Virus record (IMG/VR): IMGVR_UViG_3300027733_000030
Coordinates: 64,001-128,000 of that record
Direction: 5' to 3' (one strand)
DNA: 64,000 nucleotides
DNA from: a virus
In this document: positions 50,177 through 58,567 of the stretch, one piece after another
Position numbering within the stretch: the stretch's first letter is position 1
Layout: the number at the start of each line of letters is the position of its first letter
Notes under the pieces: generated by a model
Seen by the model: only the letters and a program-made list of their open reading frames with translations
What the model was told of the DNA's origin: nothing
Databases searched by the model: none
Position numbers and translations under genes: made by a program

Positions 50177-51235
50177 TCAGGCTGTTTCGTTAGTAACCAT
50201 GACTTCGTAGTTACGGCTGAGTCTGACGTTCTTAGCAACAGTGATACCTTCACCGTCGCCCAGCATGATGATGTCATAACGCTCTTTCATCTTGAGCTGG
50301 CGAATATCGCGGCCCGGATCGTCGAACTGATCGGTGCTCATCTCGTCCTTGACGAGAATTGTTCCGACTTCATTGCGGTCGATGAGGAAGAGGTCTGACT
50401 TAGCTGCTGTTGCGCCACTCTTAGCTGTGAAGCTAACGAAAGGAGAAACAATAACGTTCAGTCCCATAGGAGCAGTCTGATTCAACGAACCCTCTGGAGA
50501 CTGAGGACGATAGCCCCAGCTTGTTCCAACGCCCGATGCTGAACCGCCGTGATGGAAGATGGCATCCTTGAGGAAGACCGACCACATGAGGGGGTGCAAG
50601 ATAAAGTCTGTTGGAATATGGTTTTCAGCCATGAGGACTGCAGCCATGTCAATGATGTCGTCCCACTTGACTGTCTTATTGGCAGAGCCATTAATGTCAA
50701 GACCGGTTGTGTCATCGTAGCCAGCGTCGTCGTTATCAAAAACGATTGTAGCTGCATCTTTGAATCGGCTCAGAGCAATTTGCTCCTTAAGGCGAGCCAT
50801 AGCACGGCCAGCTGCGCGAACATGCAGACCAACAATGTCCCAAAGTGAATCAGCGATTACTTCTTCCGTGAAAGAAAGCTTAACGCCCTTCTTCGAGACT
50901 TTGCCCTCTACCTGCTTTGCGAAAGCGAGTGCTTGTTCTGGATACTCTTGTCCTTCTGGGATCTCAGCAGCTTGAATAGCATTGACGGCCGGGAATTCCA
51001 ATGAACGTCCCTTGCCGAGACGAACAGTGGAAAGCAATGGAGTCACTAAAAGCTGTGGCTCTGCTGCTTCTCTGAGCGTACGTGAGAGAACTTTCGGGAA
51101 AAGTGCTGCTGCGTCTGACGATGCAAAAGCTTCCTTAATTGTTACTCTGTTGTCTGCGTCGATATACCCGTCCTCGGTCATTGCTGTCTCCCAAGCTGGG
51201 AGACCCGAGAGGAGCTCTTGGATTGTCTTAGTCAT
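50177..51235 (-). CDS. Major capsid protein (HK97 fold)
   Basis: 352 aa; AAEIPEGQEYPE (E-loop), KKGVKLSFTEEVIADSLWDIVGLHVRAAGRAMARLKEQ (spine helix), MKERYDI; followed by a strong terminator. Confidence 0.93.
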   Translation of the reverse strand: MTKTIQELLSGLPAWETAMTEDGYIDADNRVTIKEAFASSDAAALFPKVLSRTLREAAEPQLLVTPLLSTVRLGKGRSLEFPAVNAIQAAEIPEGQEYPEQALAFAKQVEGKVSKKGVKLSFTEEVIADSLWDIVGLHVRAAGRAMARLKEQIALSRFKDAATIVFDNDDAGYDDTTGLDINGSANKTVKWDDIIDMAAVLMAENHIPTDFILHPLMWSVFLKDAIFHHGGSASGVGTSWGYRPQSPEGSLNQTAPMGLNVIVSPFVSFTAKSGATAAKSDLFLIDRNEVGTILVKDEMSTDQFDDPGRDIRQLKMKERYDIIMLGDGEGITVAKNVRLSRNYEVMVTNETA

Positions 51236-51273
51236 CTTAGGAATATTCCTCCTGTGTTATTGTTTCTTATTTA

Positions 51274-52050
51274 TTAGAGTGTCAGGTTGACGCGGAATGC
51301 ACCAATGACATTAGTTACATCTAGATTCGAACGAATACCGAGCTTACCATTATTAGGACCAGCCTTGGTAAGTTCATAAACGGTCTTCAACGCACCCGGA
51401 TCTGATGGAAGCTGCATGTAGCTGAGGAGGCCGTCATCAAAGTTTGTAGCAAACTTCTCGACTTCGACAACCTTACCTACTTGCAAGTAGCTGTATGCGG
51501 AGCTGCCACTGAAGAAATCGGTAGCTGCAGCCAATACTGGACGTCCCATTACATCGGAACGAACTACTGAACCAACTGTCACGTCATTGTTAATACCGCT
51601 GACCATTGGATACTCTACATAACCGTGTGTGATAAATCCAGCACCTTGCGAGGTACCCTTATCAAAAGGTCTGTAAAGATCATATTGTGCGCAGCCGATA
51701 GGAATCGAACGAGCAGGCACAGTAACTGTGTCAGTTGCTCCGGACGAGTAAGCGGGTGTTGCACCAGCTGTGGGGTCCCACGCTGTGTTGCTCATATTGT
51801 CGCCCCATGACTTGCTTGAGCTTGTACCGTTAGCGGGAACAACTCGGGCATCGCCATTTGAGTCGGCTACGACCGAAAGGATGGTTCCCTTCGGAATGAC
51901 AATTTCGAAGCGATTATCTTCTGTGTCATAATACCATGTGGGCAGACCGGGGTGTGGCAACAAGTATGCTGCGGGAGCTATGCCCTCAGAAACAACGAAG
52001 CGACCTGAACCGGTCTTACTATGTACTTTGCGAAACTTTGCTAAACTCAT
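51274..52050 (-). CDS. Capsid decoration / cement protein (probable)
   Basis: Between scaffold and MCP; VVIPKGTILS-type and VTVGSVVRSDVMGRPV...QVGKVVEV beta-tulip-like motifs; codon usage like MCP. Confidence 0.65.
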   Translation of the reverse strand: MSLAKFRKVHSKTGSGRFVVSEGIAPAAYLLPHPGLPTWYYDTEDNRFEIVIPKGTILSVVADSNGDARVVPANGTSSSKSWGDNMSNTAWDPTAGATPAYSSGATDTVTVPARSIPIGCAQYDLYRPFDKGTSQGAGFITHGYVEYPMVSGINNDVTVGSVVRSDVMGRPVLAAATDFFSGSSAYSYLQVGKVVEVEKFATNFDDGLLSYMQLPSDPGALKTVYELTKAGPNNGKLGIRSNLDVTNVIGAFRVNLTL

Positions 52051-52068
52051 TTTTTATCTCCTTAAATA

Positions 52069-54126
52069 TTAAAGTTTACGTCTACCCATAAGGGCATCAA
52101 CTAGAACTTGCTCAAAAGACTCTTTCGGATCTGAAGCCTTAACGGGTTCTTCTTCCATGTCTATAGTAAGCACGTTATCTTCTTTTACCGAAACTTCGGC
52201 TTCTGAAGTAATTGTGGGCATGTTTAACATCTCGCCAATTCTTTTACCAAGCTTGCTTGGTGTCTTGGCAAGATCTCTCAGGCTATCGGCCAAAGAAGAT
52301 GCTGTTCTTGTAGCATACTCTTCAATTAGTTTTTCACGATCATCTGATAGTTCAAAACCAAGTCCGATCTTAGTATCGACAACTCTTTCGACCAATGTTC
52401 TATGTAATGCGCTCTTGAGTTTCTTATTTTCTTCTTCAAGGGATTGAATTCTAGCTTTTTCATTTACATCCTGCTCAGAGACTGCATTTGTGTCAGTGAG
52501 GTCTGCTCCTGTTATTTCTTTCCCTTGATCTTCTTCGGCTTCAGATGAATTAGCTGAATCAACTTCTTGATTACCTAGTTCTTCTGCCTTTTCAAGCAAA
52601 GCCTTAGATCCGTTTTCTCTCCACTCTGATTCTTCAGAAGACATTGCTTCCATCTTGAGTGAAGATCTGAGCTGCCAAGCCCACTTCTTATGCATATCAT
52701 CACGTTCTGCCAAGAAATTAGCAATTCCTTGTTCATTAGCTTCATTCGCAGCTGCGAAAGCCAACAGGACTGATTCATTAACCATATTATTCTTAGTTAA
52801 GAGATCTGCTGCTAATCCAAGAGCTTCCGTTGTAGAAGAATCATCCTTGAAGGATGCGTCCATAACAATCTGAGCAAGCGTGATTGGTGTTCCTTGAAGC
52901 TTTCTTACATTTTCTGCAATTGAGTCTATTGCTCCCAGTGCATCTTCGTAGATACTCGAGAATAAAATGTGGAACTCTGTAAAATCTTCGCCTTCGACAT
53001 TCCAATGAGCTCTATGAGCTGCAAAGTAAAATGTGAAAGTGTCAGCCAAAACTTTTTGAAGACCGGCAATAGTGCTAGCAGAATCTGCCTCAGTAACAAT
53101 AACTTCTGATTCGACTGTTTCTACTGATTCAATCGTCTCTTCTGATTCAACTGCCTCTTCTGATACTTCTGATTCCTTAGCTACTGACATTGTAGAAAGA
53201 TCATCACTTAATTCTTGGACTGCAGCGAGGATATCATCGCTGTTAGTGTCTTGATCCATATTGGAATTCTCCTGACAATTATCGATATTTTTATTCTGAT
53301 CAGATAGTAATGAACTATCATTGTATTTGTAATTTTCGTTCTCCTGTATGGATAGGGCTGTCAAAAATGCTCCCTTTAACTGGAGATAGATCGGCTTAGA
53401 TTCTTTCTTTTTCATATCTGAGAGAATTGATCTATTTTCTTGAATTGAAAAGATATCTTCATTGTCCATACTTAGTATGAATGCGTTGCTTCGAGCAATC
53501 CAATTTTCCGAATCAGAAAGTTCTGTTTTGCCGTCAATTGCCCTTAGAGCTCTAACGCCTGACTTTTGATCTGCGGGTTGATTTACGAATGAGTACTCTT
53601 TAAAACTAATGTCTTGCATATCCACATAGGCGAGTTTGCCCTTATAGACTTTGCCTCTTTTGTATTTCACAACTTTGGGTCTACCTGATGCGTCCTCTGT
53701 CGCCAAATCTTCTCCTGAGACACTGCAAACTGCCTTGCCAGCCCTTCCGCCGACAGAACCAGTCAAGTATCTCTTATCGAGAACTTTTTGCGCAGCTACG
53801 GGATCAGTGATTGCTATCTGCAGGCGGACGAAAGAAGAACCATCTTCTTCTTTATCCATTTTTGCAGCCATAACCCTGCCAATAGCTTCTGTGTTTAAAT
53901 CATGATTCAGGATAATTGGCTTTGGATATGGATCTACCCATGATTGAAGTGCTTTTTCTAATTCTACTGCGGAATAATTATTATAGTTAGAAGTGAGACC
54001 CTCGTGGATTGCAGCGACTTCTATTATTAAACCGTTCTTTGAATTAAATGACTCTGAAAAATTGATATCCGACTTAGAAAAGTCAGGAAGTTCTAATGTA
54101 AAATTTTCTATAAAGTCAAATGACAT
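52069..54126 (-). CDS. Prohead protease - acidic linker - Dps domain - coiled-coil scaffold fusion
   Basis: HK97-type protease motifs PIILNHD, IGRV, LTGSVG, EYSFVNQPAD; C-terminal coiled coil (RIQSLEEENKKLKSAL). Start moved from 54135 to ATG 54126 (AGGTG RBS). Confidence 0.85.
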   Translation of the reverse strand: MSFDFIENFTLELPDFSKSDINFSESFNSKNGLIIEVAAIHEGLTSNYNNYSAVELEKALQSWVDPYPKPIILNHDLNTEAIGRVMAAKMDKEEDGSSFVRLQIAITDPVAAQKVLDKRYLTGSVGGRAGKAVCSVSGEDLATEDASGRPKVVKYKRGKVYKGKLAYVDMQDISFKEYSFVNQPADQKSGVRALRAIDGKTELSDSENWIARSNAFILSMDNEDIFSIQENRSILSDMKKKESKPIYLQLKGAFLTALSIQENENYKYNDSSLLSDQNKNIDNCQENSNMDQDTNSDDILAAVQELSDDLSTMSVAKESEVSEEAVESEETIESVETVESEVIVTEADSASTIAGLQKVLADTFTFYFAAHRAHWNVEGEDFTEFHILFSSIYEDALGAIDSIAENVRKLQGTPITLAQIVMDASFKDDSSTTEALGLAADLLTKNNMVNESVLLAFAAANEANEQGIANFLAERDDMHKKWAWQLRSSLKMEAMSSEESEWRENGSKALLEKAEELGNQEVDSANSSEAEEDQGKEITGADLTDTNAVSEQDVNEKARIQSLEEENKKLKSALHRTLVERVVDTKIGLGFELSDDREKLIEEYATRTASSLADSLRDLAKTPSKLGKRIGEMLNMPTITSEAEVSVKEDNVLTIDMEEEPVKASDPKESFEQVLVDALMGRRKL
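52654..53075 (-). other. dps: Dps (DNA-binding mini-ferritin) domain embedded in frame in the protease/scaffold gene
   Basis: LQKVLADTFTFYFAAHRAHWNVEGEDFTEFHILF..IYE....IDSIAENVRKLQGTP...IANFLAERDDMHKKWAWQLRS is the full Dps four-helix signature. Confidence 0.9.
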
Positions 54127-54159
54127 GTAAATCACCTATTGATGTATAATTCTTTTTTA

Positions 54160-54167
54160 TATAGTAA
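54160..54167 (-). promoter_or_regulatory. Candidate late-promoter motif TTACTATA upstream of protease
   Basis: TTATA-N9-TTACTATA, the same spacing as upstream of the sheath gene. Confidence 0.45.
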
Positions 54168-54206
54168 GTTTATTTTTATAACATTAAACAAATTTATATG
54201 AATATA

Positions 54207-54986
54207 TCAGACTTTAGCATAGTTGTCTGATAAAGATTCGTATCTATCATCTCCATTTTGGAGAAATGATTGATAAAATACTTCTGACATAATATGTGGA
54301 GCGTAAATATACGATGCACAGTATAGCTTAAAATTTTCTTGTTTACAAGCTAATGACCAGCCTACATCTTCGCCTTGTTGATGAACATTATAGGATATAT
54401 TATTATATACATCTTTACTCATCATTTTTGCAGCCATGATTACATCTGATTGAAAATATTTTCCAAGTTCATATTTTTCTTTTCTATAAGCTTTTGATGG
54501 ATCATCTTGTCTCCAGTCCATAACACTTGGATACAATGTTCCAATCGGTGTCATAAACATAAGGGGATTGACTGCATCTGCTCCAGATTTAATATGAGCT
54601 ATTAATAACTCTATTGTATTTGGATTTGTCAATAAAATATCTGAATCTAAACTAAAGTAATAATCAGGCTGGACATCGCGTACTGTCTGTAACAATGAAT
54701 TTCTTAAAGAAACCATATTAACATATTTAGATATGTTCCACTGTCTTCCATTATTTGAATGTTCGAAATGAGGAATATCTTCTCTTACTTTAATTTCAAA
54801 GTAAGGTATATTTTTATCGAATCTTTTCCAAGCTTCTAATGAAGCTATTGTTTCTTTATCATCTGGAGAGACTTCAAAAACAAAACCAATTTCCTTGAAA
54901 TTAACTGACTGATTTATTAGGCAGCGTATCCAATGTGGAAGAATCCAAGATCTTTTGTACATTGGAGTTCCAATCAAAAGTTTCAT
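54207..54986 (-). CDS. Glycosyltransferase, GT-A fold (GT2-like)
   Basis: MKLLIGTPMYKR start, LRNSLL, YYFSLDSDILL (DxD motif), GEDVGWS (ED motif), YAPHI. Confidence 0.85.
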   Translation of the reverse strand: MKLLIGTPMYKRSWILPHWIRCLINQSVNFKEIGFVFEVSPDDKETIASLEAWKRFDKNIPYFEIKVREDIPHFEHSNNGRQWNISKYVNMVSLRNSLLQTVRDVQPDYYFSLDSDILLTNPNTIELLIAHIKSGADAVNPLMFMTPIGTLYPSVMDWRQDDPSKAYRKEKYELGKYFQSDVIMAAKMMSKDVYNNISYNVHQQGEDVGWSLACKQENFKLYCASYIYAPHIMSEVFYQSFLQNGDDRYESLSDNYAKV

Positions 54987-54989
54987 GAA

Positions 54990-55277
54990 TTATTTTTTTT
55001 CTTCCTCTGATACTACGGTAGTAGTTTCTTTCACTTTCATGACTGGCTTGTCTTGCACGGGCGCGGGAGCAGGTGTGGGCGAAGAATCTTCTTGAGTAGA
55101 TAAAGTTTCTTCAAGTTCGGTGATTCTATCAATTAACTGAGTAATAATATCAAAAATTACTTCAAGGGCTAGTCTAGTTTGGCCATTATCTACAACTTTT
55201 CCTAGACCTTTGACAGCGTCTTCCGTTCCTAGATATTCTGATATTTTGTCATTCTTTATTGTCATTTTCTTCGACAT
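54990..55277 (-). CDS. Hypothetical protein (95 aa; short coiled coil, Pro-rich tail)
   Basis: Intact ORF between portal and GT; overlaps portal 3' end by 29 nt (alternative start MTIKND). Confidence 0.6.
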   Translation of the reverse strand: MSKKMTIKNDKISEYLGTEDAVKGLGKVVDNGQTRLALEVIFDIITQLIDRITELEETLSTQEDSSPTPAPAPVQDKPVMKVKETTTVVSEEEKK

Positions 55278-56910
55278 TTATTTCATCCTTTTCATCATTT
55301 GTATAAACTATAGTATACTCTGATTCAAGCGCATTTTCAACTAGTGTCAACCAGGCATTATCTGATCTTCTAATATTTGCCGATGTATTTCTTCCCTGTT
55401 GATTGGTTGGGCGTATTACATTACCCGCACCTTTTCTTTTATTAGGAAGATTTCTTTGGCCCTTTTGCGCAGGGTCTTGTTTGTCCGCGTTCATGGTAGC
55501 GTCTTTAGACTTCAACGAGGCATTTAATTCCGTCTGCCTTTTACTCATATCTATCTGAATCTGTGCTTGAATAGCGGCATAAAAGTCTTTCGGATCATGC
55601 TCAGCATCCATGCCTAATTCCATTCTTGCTTCAGACAATCCGATTAAATTACTTGCAAACTTTTGAATAGTATGAGTTTCTTTTTTGACTTGAGTATCGA
55701 CATCTATTTCGTTAAACTTAAAGTAACAACGATCTGAAACGCCACTTTCAAGTGGATTAGTCATAGGATCAAATCCACCTTCAAGTAGAAGTTCATTGAA
55801 TAAATGAACTCTTACCATTTCAGAGAAAAGCTTTTGATATTGTTTAACCTTATCATAAAGAGCTGTATCTAATCTATCTGTCATGGATCTATTTCCACCA
55901 CCCATTGACATGCCCAAATGATGAGGTGCCACACCCAGGCCAACAGAAACTCTTTCCTTGAAGTGATCGAGATATTTGGAGGCGTCGAGTGCTGTATTTG
56001 CAGCACCAATAACTTCTATGTTATGACGGAAAGGTAGAATTAATCCACCTTCTGCTCTAAGATTTTCTAATTCTTCCCCAGCTGTACTTATCTCATGGGG
56101 TTCTGCTGGTTGATCTGCGGTTCCTATCGTATATTTATATAATGGGAATAATTCTCTATGCACTAGGTTTTGAATGTCTTCTTCTATTTGTCGAAGAGCG
56201 ACAATATCATCCAAAGCTGATTCTATAAATGGTGTCCCAAATGCCCTACCAGTTTTCTTGTCGATATAGACATGAATGACTTTATCTGCCGTCCATACAG
56301 GATCACGATCCGTCGGCATATAGGTAAGCGGATCTGTACGCTGTTGATACTTCTGGGGTCTGTTGTGTTTATCTCTTAGAATTCTTACTTGTTCAGTAGG
56401 TATTAGGTAATATCCAACAACGGGTTGATCTGTATTAACCCCCTCCAAAGGAGTTGGGAAATACTCAGATATATCACCACGAGCTTTAACTATAAAGGCA
56501 TTTCCATATTTAAAAAGATGATCTGTAACTTCTATTAAAAAATCTAAGAAAGGACGTTTCATAGCCATTTCCATAAAATCTATTCTTTGATATAAGTAGG
56601 AAATTGCTTCCGGATTCTCACCTACAATTTTCCAATTTTCTTTCCAGAATAATTCCTTATATTTATTTAAGGCCTGCTTTACGTAGGAATCAGTATCAGC
56701 TGCCTGCATGATCCTATAGAAATCATATGGAGAGGGTTCAAATGTAGATCTTTTACTGAAAAAATAGGTATTACCTTGAAAGCCAAGAGCTAACGATGCG
56801 ACTTTCATCGATCTACTAACTGATCTAATCTCTTCGCCATCTAATGCCTTGGCTGTAAAATTATTATTTTTATCAACTTGCCTAAACGGCAAATAGTCAA
56901 AGACTGCCAT
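55249..56910 (-). CDS. Portal protein
   Basis: DHLFKYGNAFIVK, YYLIPTEQVRI, KVIHVY...AFGTPFIESAL, KERVSVGLGVAPHHLG are portal motifs; upstream of protease and MCP. Start moved from 56922 to ATG 56910 (GGAG RBS). Confidence 0.9.
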   Translation of the reverse strand: MAVFDYLPFRQVDKNNNFTAKALDGEEIRSVSRSMKVASLALGFQGNTYFFSKRSTFEPSPYDFYRIMQAADTDSYVKQALNKYKELFWKENWKIVGENPEAISYLYQRIDFMEMAMKRPFLDFLIEVTDHLFKYGNAFIVKARGDISEYFPTPLEGVNTDQPVVGYYLIPTEQVRILRDKHNRPQKYQQRTDPLTYMPTDRDPVWTADKVIHVYIDKKTGRAFGTPFIESALDDIVALRQIEEDIQNLVHRELFPLYKYTIGTADQPAEPHEISTAGEELENLRAEGGLILPFRHNIEVIGAANTALDASKYLDHFKERVSVGLGVAPHHLGMSMGGGNRSMTDRLDTALYDKVKQYQKLFSEMVRVHLFNELLLEGGFDPMTNPLESGVSDRCYFKFNEIDVDTQVKKETHTIQKFASNLIGLSEARMELGMDAEHDPKDFYAAIQAQIQIDMSKRQTELNASLKSKDATMNADKQDPAQKGQRNLPNKRKGAGNVIRPTNQQGRNTSANIRRSDNAWLTLVENALESEYTIVYTNDEKDEINVEENDNKE

Positions 56911-56938
56911 GTATCTCTCCAATACGAAAACTATATAT

Positions 56939-56946
56939 AATAGTAG
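56939..56946 (-). promoter_or_regulatory. Candidate late-promoter motif CTACTATT upstream of portal
   Basis: TACTAT core ~30 nt upstream of the portal start. Confidence 0.4.
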
Positions 56947-56973
56947 CTAAAGTGGTGTTTTTTTATAAGTTAA

Positions 56974-57183
56974 TCAGTTAGTGTCAAGATTAGCTTTATC
57001 AAAAGCGTTTTTCATAATGATATTTTTAACAGCTTCAATCCAAAAAATTGTCTCTGCTTCATTAAAATCGCTTCTGTACTGGAGATTTGCGTTTGAAATT
57101 TTAATTTCAATTGCGAATTCCTTGGCTTCTACTGGATCAGTTGCTTGAATTTCTTCAATTATTTCAGTTGTTTCTTCTGACAT
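56974..57183 (-). CDS. Small acidic hypothetical protein
   Basis: ORF with GAGG RBS before ATG 57183 (MSEETTEI...). Confidence 0.65.
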   Translation of the reverse strand: MSEETTEIIEEIQATDPVEAKEFAIEIKISNANLQYRSDFNEAETIFWIEAVKNIIMKNAFDKANLDTN

Positions 57184-57193
57184 TTTATTTACC

Positions 57194-57385
57194 TCACTCA
57201 AAGTTGTCTGTTTTTGTTTGTTTAATTGTTTTTTCTGTTTTAGCTGGTTGCATTGTAGCGATTAGATTGGCAATCTTGATGTTCAACTGTTTAATTGTAG
57301 CTTCTTTTACCACTAAATCAGTTGTTAATTGACCAATTTTTTCGCTGAATGTTTGAACCAAGATATTAATATCTAGATCGTCCAT
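57194..57385 (-). CDS. Small coiled-coil hypothetical protein
   Basis: GAAAGGTG RBS before ATG 57385; heptad pattern FSEKIGQLTTDLVVKEATIKQLNIKIANL. Confidence 0.65.
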   Translation of the reverse strand: MDDLDINILVQTFSEKIGQLTTDLVVKEATIKQLNIKIANLIATMQPAKTEKTIKQTKTDNFE

Positions 57386-57415
57386 ATTCACCTTTCGTCA
57401 AAATCCTAAACAACT

Positions 57416-57424
57416 ATTATATCA
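57416..57424 (-). promoter_or_regulatory. Extended -10 promoter (TG-A-TATAAT)
   Basis: Perfect TGnTATAAT overlapping the TGA stop of the upstream gene, ~30 nt before the 57385 start; no good -35. Confidence 0.55.
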
Positions 57425-58564
57425 CATAGGATATGAATCTGGGAGAGTGTTAATATATACTTCTTGATTTTTAATTCTTTTAGAGTATATACGATACATA
57501 TCCATTATCCAGTGTTGAACAAAATCTGGAACTACCGGGTCTTCCCAATCCTTAATAAGTAGTGTTGGATCATTCTTGATATACTTTTCAACTGTTTGTG
57601 CGGGTATCTCAAGTAGGGCATCTCTTACTTCTAAGGGCATCTGTATCGCCCTGAGGACTCTGTCGCTAATCACTGCTATTGGTTCTCTATTTCCAAATTC
57701 AGAATAAGCTAAACCCCACTCTATTATAAGTCTAAAAAGCTCTTCTAAGGTAGACCCTATGCATTGTGGGTGTATGGCCCATAGACTTTTTGAATCTTCT
57801 TTTGAAAATTGATCTATGTAATCTCTATCTATTTCATCGTATGTAATAATTGCATGTGGCGCTAAATCTAAAACTGTTTCATGTCTAGTTACAATCTTAA
57901 ATTTACCTAAGGGATTATCATCTAGTCTTTGTATTCCATGATTAGAAATTGTTTTAGACATAAAATCCATTGTTCCATGAGTTATGTCTTCAAAACTTTT
58001 AATCATATAATTATTATTAGAGCAAACATCACCATAAAAACTTTCACTATATGTTGGAACTGCTCTCCATAGCAAAAAACCTCTATATTTTCTTTCGCAT
58101 GGATTTTTTAATTCGATGTCCCAATTAAGTCTATTTTGATTCCATGAATATAAAAATTCTGCTGAAAGTTTGGGTTCTTCAACTGGAGGTCTCCAACAAT
58201 TCATATCTTTGTTCCAAACCCAATTATTGTACGGTTGTTTTTCTTGATCCTTATTATCCAGTAAATGATTTACAGAAGAATATGATATTGTTAAAATATC
58301 TGAATTTTCCCCTATAGCATGAGCTTCAATGCTAGCTTGAGTATTGAGAAATGTGATTAATTGTTTTAAAGTATAAATTTTAATATCAAAAAAGTTAATT
58401 GATTCTTTTTTTAGATTAGAAATCTTAAAATTACTATCAACTTGAGATATAGTTATTCCATCGCGCGTTTCAAGAATAATTCGATCAGAAGAAGTAATGT
58501 AATCTCCCGCAATATCGTAAATGCTAATTCCTTGATTTTCTTTTAAAAAACTAATATATTTCAT
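57422..58564 (-). CDS. Tail-fibre-associated hypothetical protein, paralogue B (380 aa)
   Basis: Colinear with 58568-59671; contains WVWNKDMNCWRPPVEEP...WNQNRLNWDI, a Trp-rich motif seen in small fibre-associated phage proteins. Confidence 0.6.
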   Translation of the reverse strand: MKYISFLKENQGISIYDIAGDYITSSDRIILETRDGITISQVDSNFKISNLKKESINFFDIKIYTLKQLITFLNTQASIEAHAIGENSDILTISYSSVNHLLDNKDQEKQPYNNWVWNKDMNCWRPPVEEPKLSAEFLYSWNQNRLNWDIELKNPCERKYRGFLLWRAVPTYSESFYGDVCSNNNYMIKSFEDITHGTMDFMSKTISNHGIQRLDDNPLGKFKIVTRHETVLDLAPHAIITYDEIDRDYIDQFSKEDSKSLWAIHPQCIGSTLEELFRLIIEWGLAYSEFGNREPIAVISDRVLRAIQMPLEVRDALLEIPAQTVEKYIKNDPTLLIKDWEDPVVPDFVQHWIMDMYRIYSKRIKNQEVYINTLPDSYPM

Positions 58565-58567
58565 GAG

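Noticed and set aside
50059-50277. 72-aa minus-strand ORF
   Set aside because: Overlaps the MCP 3' end out of frame and runs through its terminator.
52654-53075. Insert in the protease gene as an intein or intron
   Set aside because: It has the Dps signature, no C/S-start or HN-end splicing motifs and no homing endonuclease motifs, and the frame is continuous.
50177-54126. HK97-fold shell plus ferritin-like domain as a cellular encapsulin operon
   Set aside because: Portal, prohead protease, neck, sheath, tube and baseplate genes surround it; this is a phage head module.
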